Source of the DNA: Heptranchias perlo
Lineage: Eukaryota
Direction: 5' to 3'
Length of the DNA stretch: 64,000 bases
NCBI RefSeq assembly: GCF_035084215.1
Contig: NC_090364.1
Span: forward strand, 8,308,001-8,372,000
The position numbers were made by a program, and so were the translations under genes. The notes beneath the pieces are model-generated. The model was not told the DNA's origin. It searched no databases and worked only from the letters and a program-made list of their open reading frames with translations. Position 1 is the first letter of the stretch; each line of letters starts with the position of its first letter. Positions 14,241 to 26,961 of this stretch are shown in pieces.

Positions 14241-15298
14241 CATCTGATTGCTGTTTGTGATACCATGCTGTGCACGAATAGGCTGTTGCCTTTGCCTACA
14301 AAGTAACAGTGACTGCACCATCAAAAGTAATTCATTGGTTGTGAAGCACTTTGGGACATTCTGAGGATGTGAAAGGCACCATATGAAGGCAAGTTCTTTC
14401 TTTACCAGAGCTTGTGGAGTGCTACCACAGCAAGGAGTCAGTGCGTTCAGATGAGGGGCAAATATTAGAGGGAAAAAAAATCTCCCCGTAGACCAGGTAA
14501 ACATCAAGGTGATGGGGGGAGATATATGTGAAAATAATGTGTGACATTGTGTGTGAGTTTGAAGTCCACTTCTGGTAGTAGGCGAGAATGTGGGTAATGT
14601 ATTCCTTTGAGTCCCCGAGGGCTGCAGGCCAGCTGCATGACCAGGAGCCAGATATGCTGCAGAGCAACTATCAGTAATAATTCGACAGGGCAGATTCCCA
14701 TTGCCCAGGAACAGCCCAAGCACTGACTGTGGGGGAAGGGTGGCAACGTCAGAGTAGAGCTCAATCCTATCCTCCCTTGTTATCTAAGTAGAAACACTTT
14801 GCAGCAAGGGTTGTTGAATAGTATTCAGGAACAGGAATCCTGGCTGAGTTTTCTCCCATTACCTCCTTCCTGGCTGAGGTCAGCCGACAGCACAGACCAG
14901 TCATTATGCTTGGTGCATTTCTGGTACGCAGGGTTCAGTTCCACACCAGGCCGTGGTCTGACCGACAGGTTTGCCTGCAGGCAGTTAAATGGCTAATCAG
15001 AGGTGAGGAATTCTGAGCAATGGAGTAGTTACTGCAGCCCTAAGACTGCATTACAGTCTTGGCAGTACCCTCCAGTCCGACTCCTGTATATTGTGAGGGA
15101 TATATACATATATTGCAAATGATTTCCTCTACACGCAGAAAAAGTGACGACTCCAGTTAAAAGCAGTGAATGTTGTGTTAATTGAACATAAAAACAACTG
15201 TCTACATATCTGGTTAGGAATAAGATTGAAGGGAATCGAAACTTAACAGCACAGGAGGCGACTATTTGGCCCATCGTGTCTGTGCCGGAAACACAAAC

Positions 15299-15370
15299 CG
15301 TCCAACGTGGGGCTTAAACCCATGACCTGAGATGAAGAATCTCATTCTCTACCGACGGAGCGAGCCGGGC
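15299..15370 (-). pseudogene. tRNA-Lys(CTT)-derived pseudogene or SINE head
   Basis: Minus strand GCCCGGCTCGCTCCGTCGGTAGAGAATGAGATTCTTCATCTCAGGTCATGGGTTTAAGCCCCACGTTGGACG has about 9 differences from vertebrate tRNA-Lys-CTT. T-loop TTCGA has become TTTAA. Confidence 0.88.
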
Positions 15371-15753
15371 CTCTATCGATAAATAACGAGCTACACGGTT
15401 TCAGTGCTGCTGGAACCAAAGAAATGTCATCTGTGCAAAGGAACTGGCCAACTATGAATGAAGACAATGTAGCTAAATAACGTGGAGTGATGCACAACTA
15501 TAGATGGAGTCGGAAATTTTCCAAAGTTTCTCTCAGATGAGTGTCTCAACAAATGTATAACTTGTCTAATATAAAGCTGGTGATCGTTTAATGTAGAGTG
15601 TGACCATTATAAAGTGCATAATTGTCCATTACAGAGCCATTTTAGAGACAGGTGAAGGTTAGGTTTAAAAAAACAAATAAGAAAATCTGTGCCATTCAAA
15701 CCATGACACTAAAATACAAGAGAAACTCACAGATTGGAACATTCAAATATCAC

Positions 15754-15759
15754 TTTAAT
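15754..15759 (-). terminator. Likely HSPBP1 polyadenylation signal (ATTAAA)
   Basis: ATTAAA on the minus strand after a U-rich tract, with GU-rich sequence downstream. Implies a ~1.3 kb 3'UTR. Confidence 0.5.
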
Positions 15760-17065
15760 TTTTTCACAGAAACTGAATCTAACCTTTTACAGCAAAAACA
15801 AACTGCTTAACAAAACAACACCAGGTTATTACAGTCATATTGTGTTCACTTTTTATAAACATGGTAACATCAATATTCAATTGACTGCTTCTGAATTTCT
15901 GAATGCTGCGTGGAGCGATCAACACCATATTTAGTGCTGTGCATCCTCCAGGGTCAGCACTGGGATTGCCTTGCAGTCAGAGTGGAGACCTGCAACCACC
16001 ACCCACCCCCCACCCCCCCCACACCTCATCAGAGCTGCATCTGACCCTCAGAACCGTAGGTAGAGGGTCAGACCGCAGTCCCTCGTCAGAGACAGAGCAG
16101 GTCGGCAACCCTCGAGGCCAGCAACGCCTTAATGGATCATACCATCCTGTCATGTTATAAATGTATCTTCCCCCATCTCCATTAATGGTTTCAGTTTTCC
16201 ACATTAGCTTGAAGATTAAAACGTTTGTGCAAGATAACAGGGTTTAAAAATACCCCACCCCCAAATTAAAAATCAAATTATTTCTCGTTAACAATTAGAA
16301 TAATTACTACAGCGAGCACTTCAAATTGCAGACCAGGGCGCAGCAAAGGCGTTCCGATATCAGAGTGGGGTAATTATTCAGCAGCTTCACCACTTTGAAG
16401 TCATTCATCTGGGTTTGTACCTCACATCAGCAGTCACGAGATCAATACCCAGAGAGCACAGACAGTCACTCGGAAACAAACCTCACATCCCTCGGGGAGG
16501 GGAAGGGGGAGAGGGGAGAAAAGAGGCTGTTGATGGCAGGCAAATCCCCACAACACATTTGCTCATTGCAGTTCTATTGAGTCAGGAATTCCACAGAAAA
16601 TAACTGACTATAAATCTCTACCTCGCTTGGCCTTTCAGCGACTTAATCTATAAACAGAACACGTGCACCAAGAAAGATTTTAAACAGCAAGTGACTGAAA
16701 TTGTAAAATGGCTGGTCACAGGCTGTGATTGTATTTATCCCGCTGACCGTTAAAAATAAACAAATGGAGGAAATTGTACACAGAGCAGAATTTCAATGAG
16801 AAGGGTAACTGGGAAATGTTCTGGACGGATTGGTGCGCAAATGTTTAGGATCAGGTACGAGTCCACCTCGAATTGACATTAAAAGATTAAATAAATGTTT
16901 GTTAAACGGTCCTTTTATAAGTGTAATATATAGGCTGGTTCAAAACACACCAAGCTTTCCAGCCTTTACAGATCCCAGTAATAGGAAGCCATTTGAAAAT
17001 CAGGTAACTTCTCTCCTACAACGCAGCATCAAAAGAAACCACTGCAGGGCAGCCTTCACAGACCA

Positions 17066-17140
17066 TCACCGATCCATCCCATTCTCCTCTGGTTGGCTGA
17101 AGCAAATTCGGAGTAGTTGTTCACAGAACTCCAACTCTTC
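17066..17140 (-). CDS. HSPBP1: HSPBP1 last coding exon (EELEFCEQLLRICFSQPEENGMDR*)
   Basis: tgcag|GAA, TGA at 17068-17066. C-terminal MDR as in human. Joined CDS is 978 nt = 325 aa. Confidence 0.95.
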   Translation of the reverse strand, partial: EELEFCEQLLRICFSQPEENGMDR

Positions 17141-18419
17141 CTGCATTTAGCCAATTAAAAATAAAGTAAGACAGAATTCATTCTTTTTTTCTCTCTGCCA
17201 ACCCTTCCCCCCCCCCCCTTTCTTCTCCTGAAGGGACATGCCATCCTGTGGTAACTCGCCCAAATGGTCATTCATTATTGGTGAGCCTGGAGAAGTAGTG
17301 TCAGGCTATTTGACTACAGAAGGCATCACATTCAGGCCCCAATCCAGTCCTCATATGATGGCCAAACACAAAGACACACGCGCCAGTTTTCCAACTGGGG
17401 CCAACAGAATAGCAAACGAAAGCTGGAACCCTGATTGATTTTCTCTCCCGACCTAGTGGTGCTGAGCCCAATCGCAGTGACCTAATGCTTGACTAAGAGC
17501 AAATAACTCAGCACAGACTAGGACATGGCAGAGGCATCAAAGCTGGTGGCTTGTGCCCTTTTGGCTGTAGTAAAGTGTGGAGTGAGGTTGCAAATACTGA
17601 AATAAATAGAGGGCTAAACGTTATTTGCAATAATCACCAATCCAATAAGCAAGAAAGTGTATACAGCTTCTTCAATGAGGCAACGTGCATGCAGCATTTA
17701 CATACAAAAGGGCCTCAAACGACAAATTATATTACTGTTGCAGTACCATGGAATTGTGGCAGGGGTGATGTGATCCATTTGACACAGTGTGTACACCTCA
17801 AACCTTAACCTCTTTACTTGATGGACCTGCTCTGACAATGAAGGACTCAGCCCAATATATGCCCAGCAACACCACCAACAGGGACCTTGTGGTACTGCAG
17901 CTGTTTGTAAAGCTTTTAGAATATAATTTGCAAAATTACAAAATGGTCAGAAATGTTATTTTTGAAGTGTAATGAATAGAAAGAAAATGGGGTCTGGTAA
18001 TTTGCAGCAGGCTCAGAGAATTCCACACACTACCAATGAAAGCAAAAAGTACTGACTTTCAAATAAGAACAAAAATGCAAAAAAATAAATCTATATTATA
18101 AAAAGAATAAAGAGGCACTGGAGAAGGTGCAGAAAAGATTTACAAGGATGATACCAGAACTGTTATAACTATCAGGAAAGACTGAATAGACTGGGACTCT
18201 CTTCTCTAGTTAAGAGACGGCTGAGGGGTGACCTAATAGAGGTCTTGATAGGGTCTCCACTAGTGGGCACGTTGATGAGGTACCAGAGGGCTACCTGTGT
18301 CAGCACAACCATGCCATCTTCAGGGAGGAGAGAGAGTAGAAAGAAAAGTTTCCAAAACTTTTACAAATCTAGTTACAAATATTCTATGATTGTTCTGGAG
18401 CTGCCCTCCCTTGTAGGAA

Positions 18420-19020
18420 TAACAACTTGCATTTATATAGCGCCTTTAACACAGTAAAACGTCCCAAGGCGCTTCACAGGAGAGATTATCAAACAAAATT
18501 TGACACTGAGCCACATAAGGAGATATTAGGACAGGTGACCAAAAGCTTGGTCAAAGAACTAGGTTTTAGGGAACGTCTTAAAGGAGAGGCGGAGAGGTTT
18601 AGGGAGGGAATTCCAGAGCTTAGGGCCTAGACAGCTGAAGGCACGGCCGCCAAAGGTGGAGCGATTAAACTCTGGGATGGGAAAGAGGCCAGAATTGGAG
18701 GAGTGCAGAGATCTCGGAGGGTTGTAGGGTTGGAGGAGGTTACAGAGATAGGGAGGAGCAACGCCATGGAGGGATTTGAACACAAGGATAAGAATTTAAA
18801 AAGAGGTGTTGTCAGACCGGGAGCCAATGTACGAGCACAGGGGTGATGGGTGAATGGGACTTGTTGCGAGTTAGGATACAGGCAGCAGAGTTTTGGATGC
18901 GCTCAAGTTTACGGAGGGTAGAAGAAGGACGGCTGGCCAGGAGAGCATTGGAATGGTCAAGTCTAGAAATAAGCAAAGGCATGGGTGAGGGTTTTGGCAG
19001 CAGATGAGCTGAGGCAGGAG
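18420..19020 (-). mobile_element. L2-clade LINE 3' portion
   Basis: FKSLHGVAPPYLCNLLQPY...GGRAFSCLGPKLWNSLP, with tail gcgctatataaatgcaagttgtt. Related copies at ~50690-51150 and 53930-54350. Confidence 0.85.
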
Positions 19021-19092
19021 GTGGGAAATAATAATGACCAGCTTATACCCAATATTCCCGATGTCAGGCTTGCCCCAAAATCTGATATGCAC

Positions 19093-19204
19093 CTGAAATT
19101 CTTCCTGATCTTTCAGCATCCGTGATCTCTCGATCAGAATATCCTCCAGGCCCAGCTCCGGTTCTTGACACTGCTTCACTCCACGAGGGAAATCCGTCAC
19201 CAGG
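19093..19204 (-). CDS. HSPBP1: HSPBP1 coding exon 6 (SLVTDFPRGVKQCQEPELGLE...QEEFQ)
   Basis: cag|C ... CAG|gtgcat, 112 nt, phase 2->0. Confidence 0.95.
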
Positions 19205-21721
19205 CTGCAGAGGAAAGAAACATTCAGACGAGTCGCACAAAGAAACCACGTCAAGGTCCTTTCACACAACGTACATGACCCTCCCTTTGCCACTGTGGGA
19301 AGGTGTGGCACAAACTGCATTTTTGCCTACTTTGGATTTTTAACATGTATTTTGCATTGTTGAAAACAGCCAAGTTCACTCAGGTTATTTCTCAACAGAA
19401 AGGCCATCAGTTCACACCAGACAAGTTGGCTGCAGAGGGCTCCACAAGAGTTTGTTGTTTAATTGACCCGAGCCATTACATTCAATCACACACATCTTTG
19501 CCATTGTTGATCCAAGGTAATTATGAAAGATGCAGTCAACTTCTGCCTTTTGTTTCAGTATAACTTCAAGAGGTTTGGATCATATTTTTGTGAGTGAGCC
19601 TGACTGCAGTGACGATGCCAAGCCACCTTGGCCCAAATCAAATGGGCCCAGTCAGGCCCATCCTGGGACAGTGGACTTGATTGACAGGTGTGTTAGAGCT
19701 TGGAGAAGGTAATAGGGTCATTGATTGGCTCTAGTCCTCTTTGACAGACAGCTCAGGGTCAGGGATCTTGTATTACGAGGTTATATTGGGCGTCATGTGA
19801 GCAGTCGACAGCCAGTGTTTCAAGCTTGCAGCCAGCAGCCCCAAGAGCTGTGTCATTAAACTTTGTACTGATTCAGCAGAGGAGCTAGATCAGACTGAAA
19901 CTAGAGCAAACCACCTTCTAAAATCTATGTTTACAGAATGAGAGTGGCGTCTTATTTTCTTCTTGAGGAGTGCAGAGAAATGCATGTTTCACCGTGTTAT
20001 ACCGTTTAATGTTCATTCATCGATCTTATGTAAATTAAACAACTTGTTGATTCAGATTTTTCAAAGTGAGGAGAATCACGTGGTGGCACATGATAGATTC
20101 CAGTAGCTGGTGTAGAGTGTAAGGGTTCTCTTACAATCCATGGTCATGCTAGATTTACCTAGATTTTGGGCAGAAAAAGGTACACACCAGATCGAAGGGG
20201 GACACAAGGTCCGTCTGCCGGAGTGGCCGGTGACACACAAACCGAGAAAACAATCGAGCGTAAAACTCCAAAAGAATGACAGAAGGCCTCTCACAAATTA
20301 CAACTTGTAGCCACTTTAAACTACAGGCTTTCAAACTCCTCCGGATTAAACGTCTGCTGTGGATTTGTGTTTATCATTTGTTGGTCCCCACGTTAGATCT
20401 GTTACTAAGTCCACCAACTTCCACTTCTGGAACATTGCCCATTACGCCCCTACTGCACCCCCTCTACTGCCGAAATCCTCACCCACACCTTCCTTACTGC
20501 AGGATTATGTCTCAAATGCTCTTTTCCTTGGCCTCCTGACATAAACTTCAGCAAATCTGCAACTACTTACCCGAGTCCCCTCCCACACACCCTGATCCCT
20601 GTCTCCATTGAATCGACTTCAGGATCCCTATCCTCACTTTCATATCCCTTTTCCAGCCTTGCCCTATCCTAGTTCATAGAATCATACAGTGCAGAAGGAG
20701 GCCATTCAGCCCATCGTGCCTGTGCTCACTCTGAAAAAACGATCCAATTAGTCCCACTCCCCCGCTCTTTCCCACTAGCCCATATTTGGGAATTCTTTGC
20801 CAGCCACCCCATTCCTGCTCCAATTCTCAGTTTCTCTAACTCTGGATTATTAGTAGCCCCCCACCTCCTCCATCAGGGGCAGATCCTTCAACCACTATGT
20901 TCCTACCTTTCAACTCTCTTCCTACATCATTTGTCCTTGCTATCTCTCTTTCTGCCTTCAAAAGCCTCTTTTATAAACCTCTCCCTATAACCATGCTAAC
21001 AGTCTCTCCTGCCCAAGTGCCTTTAGAAATCATAGAATGATACAGCACAGGAGGAGGCCATTCGGCCCATTGTGTCCGTGCCGGCTCTTTGAAAGAGCTA
21101 TCCAATTAATCTCACTCCCCTGCTCTTTCCCCATAGCCGTGCAAATTTTCCTCCTTTACTTCATGCTTGGCACCCACCTCCCAAGTTATGAGGAGCACTG
21201 TAGAAACACAAATTGTTGCTGTACATATAGGTCTGGAATGCCCCAATCATCCCAGTCAGAAAAGCAACGGCGAAGGGAGGGAGTACAATCGGATTCGGTA
21301 CTCCTGGGGTGGGGGTAAATCAAAGATGGCCACTTGCTTTCTCCTCTTGCACCTCCAGAAAGTTCCAGATATGCCCACCGTACACAGATTTTGCTCCTCC
21401 TTGTATTAAAATCAAGACTCAATGCACCAGCTTCCCCTTCAGCTCATTTGTTTCTGGCTAATCGGGGGCCCCTGCTGGAAAGTGTGTGGATGGTGAGCGC
21501 GAATAGGATCAGGTTCGACATATGAAGTCCTCCATAGTGAAATAGTCTGCTAACACTCGCTGTGCAGGCTCATGTGAGCAGAATAGCTGCCTGAGTGGGC
21601 AATTGGAGGGAGGCCGATGCCCTGGGATAGTATGTCAGGGCCTACAGTGGAAGAGGAAATAAAAGGAGGCAGTAGAGGCAGACTGGAAGTTCAGAAGGGG
21701 AAGGAGGTTTGTCGTACCTAC

Positions 21722-21818
21722 CTGCACAGTGCACCCAGAACGTGCTCATGAAAGGAATCATGTTCTGTCTGTATGAGTGACACTAACTGCTGCACCATCC
21801 CCATTGAGCATAGAACAT
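21722..21818 (-). CDS. HSPBP1: HSPBP1 coding exon 5 (DVLCSMGMVQQLVSLIQTEHDSFHEHVLGALC)
   Basis: Read by hand (not in the ORF track): cag|AT ... AG|gtaggt, 97 nt, phase 1->2. Near-identical to human LCSMGMVQQLV...FHEHVLGALC. Confidence 0.96.
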
Positions 21819-22304
21819 CTGTGGGAAGGAAAACAGCAAACTTTAATCTTTACTGTTGGACTTTGGTTTGAAAAATTTCAGTGTCCTCGCTGCATTTTAT
21901 TTACTTGTCCCCCGTCTTTTTAGACACTACTCCTGTCTTTCTCTTGTTAAATTATGCTTCAGGGAGCTGCTCGCAAGTCGCCAGGACTGCTTGGAGCACG
22001 GGAAATTTTAATCTGTTGAGAACTCCCTCGCTGCACAAGTGCAGTGCACCTCAGTCTGGCTCTCTCAATGTTTCCATCAAGACGGTTTTTCTCCTGTCCC
22101 CTCCTGAAGCACTGGCTCTTTGCTGGGGTGCAGTTCCACGTCCATCACAATCTCACAACCAAATAGCCATCATTCATGTACAAGTGTTGGCAGTCTATTG
22201 TTACATGGAGGGCCATCACAACCAAGCCCGATCCTGCCTTTACCCGAGGTCCATGCAGATGTACTTCCAACAATGATGGGAACAGAGGCTCAGTGTAGCC
22301 TATG

Positions 22305-22816
22305 AACATAAAATATAGGAGCAGGAGTAGGCCATACAGTCCCTCGAGCCTGCTCCGCCATTCAGTAAGATCACGACTGATCTTCGACCTCAACTCCACT
22401 TTCCCGCCCTATCCCCATATCCCTTGATTCCCTTACAGTCCAAAAATCTATCGATCTCAGTCTTGAATGTAAACGACTGAGCATCCACAGCCCTCTGAGG
22501 TAGGGAATTCCAAAGAATCACAACCCTGTGAATTTCTCCTCATCTTGGTCCTTAATGGCCGACCCCTTATCTTGAGACTATGATCCCTAGTTCTAGACTC
22601 TCCAGCCAGGAGAAGCAGCCTCTCAGCATCTACCCTGTCACGCCCTCTAAGAATTTTATACGTTTCAATGAGATCACCTCTCATTCTTCTAAACTCCAGG
22701 GAATATAGGCCCATTTTACTCAATCTCTCCTCATAGGACAACCCTGTCATCCCAGGAATCAATCTAGTGAACCTGGGTTGCACCCCCTCTAAGGCAAGTA
22801 TAGCCTTCCTTAGCAA
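22305..22816 (-). mobile_element. CR1 LINE 3' fragment
   Basis: LEGVQPRFTRLIPGM...RRMRGDLIETYKIL plus CR1 3'UTR. Confidence 0.9.
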
Positions 22817-23730
22817 CCCAACACATAGCAGCTAGCTCAGCATATGCAGAGATTGAAACCTGGGGCTTTCTGGCCTGTGAAGTGAGTAGTGTTGAGGAGG
22901 TGCCTGGATAAGCTTTACTTGATCCTTACTCTCACTGGCATGAGAGGAACAAAACTACCAGCAGTGCATCGACACACTGTGCTGCTATTACGGCTCTTAT
23001 CTAAGGAAACTTCATACATCCATAGACCAGGAACAAATGCCTCAGCATCAAACTGCATTAATCCAAGCTCCCCCCCGCTGACAAGTTTAGCATCAGTACC
23101 AAGTGGTTTTGGCTTTGCACTGACGCTAAAGTTGTGGAGTGTAAATCGTGTGAAGGCCTAAACTGTCTCCCTCTTTACTCCTATGTCAAGGCAGGCCCTG
23201 GCTGCATTTTCACTAGAATGACAGTGTCGGCGTGAAGCAAGACCGTTCTGCACTGATTCTACAGCGACTGCGTGAATGCACCCTGAGTAAATGTACAGAC
23301 TGGTGTGCTCCAAAGCCATTTAGAGCAGGAGGTTCCAGATACAATATCTGGTCCACATTGCTTCAGATCTCAGCCTGGGCAGCAGTTGGAGAGCGACATT
23401 TAGCTTCAGTGGCCCTGATAAAAGGGTAAAAAGCACAGATAGGACTCCTGATCTGTGTCCAGCGTCTGCTTCTAAAAAAGTGTGTGTGTGTGTCTCAAAT
23501 AAGGGCAGAATCGAGCTAAGCTAAGAGGTCCCCCATGATTGAATAGCCTGCCAATACTTACTGGGGATAACCGGCCGGTGTGGAACTGTATCCAAGAGCG
23601 AGTCAGCACCTTCAGCAGAGGAGAGGAGAAAAATGGGAGAAGGAAAACATTAAAAACCCTTCGCAGCACATTATCAGCGGGCAAGGTAGACGCCCCTCCC
23701 CACCAAAGTTTTATCACGACAAATTCTGAC

Positions 23731-23886
23731 CTTTGTGTTCAGGGTTGCTGATGAGCAGGTTCTGCAGCAGGAACGCAGCTTTCACCTTCAGCTTCTCAAT
23801 GCCGCTCTGCATGGCTCTCATTAAGACCGAGAAACCGTCGTGGTCGACAAACTCGAGTAAGCCAGCCTCCTGCTCACGCACCAAAC
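23731..23886 (-). CDS. HSPBP1: HSPBP1 coding exon 4 (CLVREQEAGLLEF...NPEHK)
   Basis: cag|GT ... G|gtcaga, 156 nt, phase 1->1. Contains DGFSVLMRAMQ and KLKVKAAFLLQNLL. Confidence 0.97.
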
Positions 23887-25087
23887 CTGAAAGGGGTGGG
23901 GAAAAAAAAGAGTTCAATTAACATTATCAACTTTCAAATGCTGTTCAGCATTACAAACACCAATTACTGTAGTAAAAGTATACATCCAGCACAGCAGATA
24001 CTTGGATCTGAGCCTCAGCCCAATTCTTAAGGTATGAGTAGGCTATTCGACTATCGAGGCCATCACACACAAGGACAGCCATGTCTTCCAGAAATGTCCA
24101 TATACAGGCACACTTTTTCAGCAGGAGACACTAAATAGTGATTAGGAGTGGCTAATCCCCTCCCCCCCCCTACAGACCAGGGATACTGGGGCTAACTCTA
24201 ACACCCCAGTGAAATCAACAAACTCAGCACAAACCAGGAATCAGAAGTGGGAGTTTTTGGTCTGCAGGGTTCAGCACTATTATCTGATGGTGTCTTTATC
24301 CACTAGTCCAACAAAGGTACTAAGCTGGAATTTCCCTCACCCATTGCAGTCTGTGGCATTTGAGAAACGGAACGGGTTTAATGCCAACGCAGTGAATCTG
24401 CTGGACACATTCTCATTTAGATTGTTTAAGTGGGCTCCCGGGGTAACCCCTCCCTGCCTGCACTTTGGAGCCCGCCACCTGGTCAGGAGGGGGCATGAAA
24501 CAGGTGCCTCTGCAGGATTCTTCCTGATGTCTAATTCCCTTCGTGGCCTCGTCCCTCCCTATCTCTGTAAACTCCACCCCCCCCCCCCCCCGAACTGTCC
24601 GCACCTCTGACTCTGACCTCTGGTGCATGCCCTGACCCTTTGTGCCGCCATGCCTTCAGCTGCCTAGGCCCCCTGCTCGAGTTACCTCCCTAAACCTCCT
24701 CTCCGCCTTTAAAACCCACCCATTCAACCAAGCATTTGCTTATCCCTCTTAACATCTCTGATTTTGGCTTGGTGCATTCTTTTTTCTTTCACCTACGGAC
24801 TCCTTTTCTACATGAAAGGCGCTATATAAATGCAAGTTGTTGTTGTAAGGAGTCCCCACCCAATTTTCCACCCCGTGCACCCCAACACATCTGGAAGACT
24901 GGGGCTAACAGAGGAAAATCCTGCTTGCCTTCTCATGAGAAATAAAGCTACTGTCTCCCTCCTCACCTACCACTCTCTCTCTCTTCCCCACCCCTCTCCA
25001 TACAGAATCTTACAGCACAGAAGGAGGCTGCTCGGCCCATCGTGCCTGTACTAGCTCTCATGATCACGCAAGGCTAGCAGCACTTAC

Positions 25088-25312
25088 ACGACACAGCAAA
25101 GAGAGCCTTGATTCGAACCATGTCGTTGTCATCGCTGTTCAGAAGCTCCAGGAGTTTGGGCATCGTGCCCAGGTTCAGCACGTGCTCCTGGACGAAGGGG
25201 TTGTTCTGGCTGCACGTGCCAATGAGGTGTGCCGTCCGCCAGCGCAGCCCGGGGTCCGGACATTCCAGGAAGTTCTCCACCACCATCTGCATGCCAGACA
25301 GCTTACAGAAAT
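25088..25312 (-). CDS. HSPBP1: HSPBP1 coding exon 3 (DFCKLSGM...RIKALFAVS), armadillo-like repeats
   Basis: cag|AT ... T|gtaagt, 225 nt, phase 1->1. Contains LRWRTAHLIGTCSQN and KALFAVS motifs. Confidence 0.97.
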
Positions 25313-25449
25313 CTGAACAAAGCAAAGAGAACGTTAATAAGCCTGCCTCAATTGGCCCCGGGGTAGTGAGTGGAGAAAATCAGCAATGGCTCCCACTCCC
25401 AATCGTGTCCTACGTTACAACAGTGACTACACATCAAAAGTGATCACTT

Positions 25450-25848
25450 GAAGGTCGTGAGTTCATGCCCCACTCGAGACTTGAGCCCATAATCCAGGCT
25501 GACACTCCAGTGCAGTACTGAGGGAGTGCTGCACTGTCGGAGGTGGCATCTTTCGGATGACACATTAAACAGAGACCCTGTCTGCCCTCTCAGGTGGATA
25601 TAAAAAATTCCATGGCATTATTCAAAGAAGAGCAGGGGACTTCTCCCCAGTGTCCTGGTCAATATTTATCCCTCAACCAACATCACTAAAATAGATTACC
25701 TGGACACTTGTTTGTGGGACCTCGCTGTGCATAAATTGACTGTCTCATTTCCTACATTACAACAGTGACTACACTTCAAAATTACTTCATTGGCTGTAAA
25801 GGGACGTCCTGAGGTTGTGAAAGGCACTATATAAACGCAAGTCCTTCT
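25450..25848 (+). mobile_element. Deu-domain SINE (SacSINE1/AmnSINE1-like)
   Basis: tRNA-like head, core cagtgcagtactgagggagtgctgcactgtcggagg...tatttatccctcaaccaacatcact and L2-like tail. Assigned from memory of the consensus. Confidence 0.75.
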
Positions 25849-25905
25849 TTAAGTCTGAATAAAATCGGAAAATGAATCCCAAGCCTCACGGACAACTTCA
25901 CTTAC

Positions 25906-26092
25906 CTCCTGCATTGTCGAGATTTTCGCACAAATCCGCCACAGTATCGAGTGCATTCCATCTCCTCCCTTCCTCGTTTGCATCATCCTCGCACGTTTCG
26001 TGCAGGATTTGAAGACAATCTTTGATCTGCTTAAGTTCATCCAGCTGTCCGTTAAATGCATCCGACAGCGCGTCCTGTAACCACTGTCTGCG
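25906..26092 (-). CDS. HSPBP1: HSPBP1 coding exon 2 (RRQWLQDALSDAF...LCENLDNAG)
   Basis: cag|CGC ... G|gtaagt, 187 nt, phase 0->1. Matches human RRQWLQEAMSAAF...LCENMDNA. Confidence 0.96.
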
Positions 26093-26373
26093 CTGAGGGG
26101 ACACAGAAAGAGATCGCAATTAAATGGCAGGAATACGTGCTCTACACAGAGAAGCAGACGGCTTCTGTATCATTGGACTAGAGAATTGGAACAATGTCTC
26201 CTCCCACACTGATAAAGCAGGATATAACCGAGCTACATAATCCAGAGGTTCCCTGGCCCGATCCCTGGTCTATGCTGATATCAGTGATGATAAAACGACA
26301 AGACTACAGATGTTGGAAATTTGAAATTAAAAAATGGAAATACACAGCAAGTCCATCAGCATTTGAAAAGACA

Positions 26374-26409
26374 AGTTAATGTTTCGGGCGGAGACCCTTC
26401 ATCAGAGCT
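26374..26409 (-). ncRNA. Minimal hammerhead ribozyme motif in HSPBP1 intron 2 (sense strand)
   Basis: agct-CTGATGA-a-ggg-tctccg-ccc-GAAA-catt-aact. Confidence 0.5.
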
Positions 26410-26961
26410 ACCTGAGATGACCCTACTATATCATCCAGTAGCTCACTTTTTTTTTTCAACAGATTTTTTTTAAAAATGCATTCACAGGCTTTTAAACCCA
26501 TTACCTGCTTCTACTAGGTCTTAGTATTTGTTTTTATTTCAGTTGTGATACTGCCCTCCAAGATCACATCCTCACTGCACATGCACTTTCCAGCAGGAGT
26601 CACTGGTTTAAAAAACTGGGACACTGAATGCCCCTACTAACAAACACAGAAAATGCTGGAAACACTCAGCAAGTCAGGCATAGTTCTGATGACGGATCAC
26701 ACCTGTAACGTGAACTTGTCACTTGACACTGTGCCTGACTTGCTGAGCGTTTCCAACATTTACTGTTTCTTGTTTCAGACTCCCAGCTCACGTCAGCTAG
26801 CTCGGTACAGACCCGTGATCGAAGGTAAAACCGTACGCACAGCGCAGTGCCATACTGGGCAAGCCTTTAAACAGTGGACCATTGGGGGGGGGGGGGGGGG
26901 GGGCGGTGAGAGAGAAAGAGAGAGAGAGATGTCAAGTTGTAACCAGTGGATTCAAACTTAC

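Noticed and set aside
15299-15370. Functional tRNA-Lys gene
   Set aside because: Broken T-loop/B-box, mismatches in the D and anticodon arms, a 1-nt deletion, and no run of four or more T downstream.
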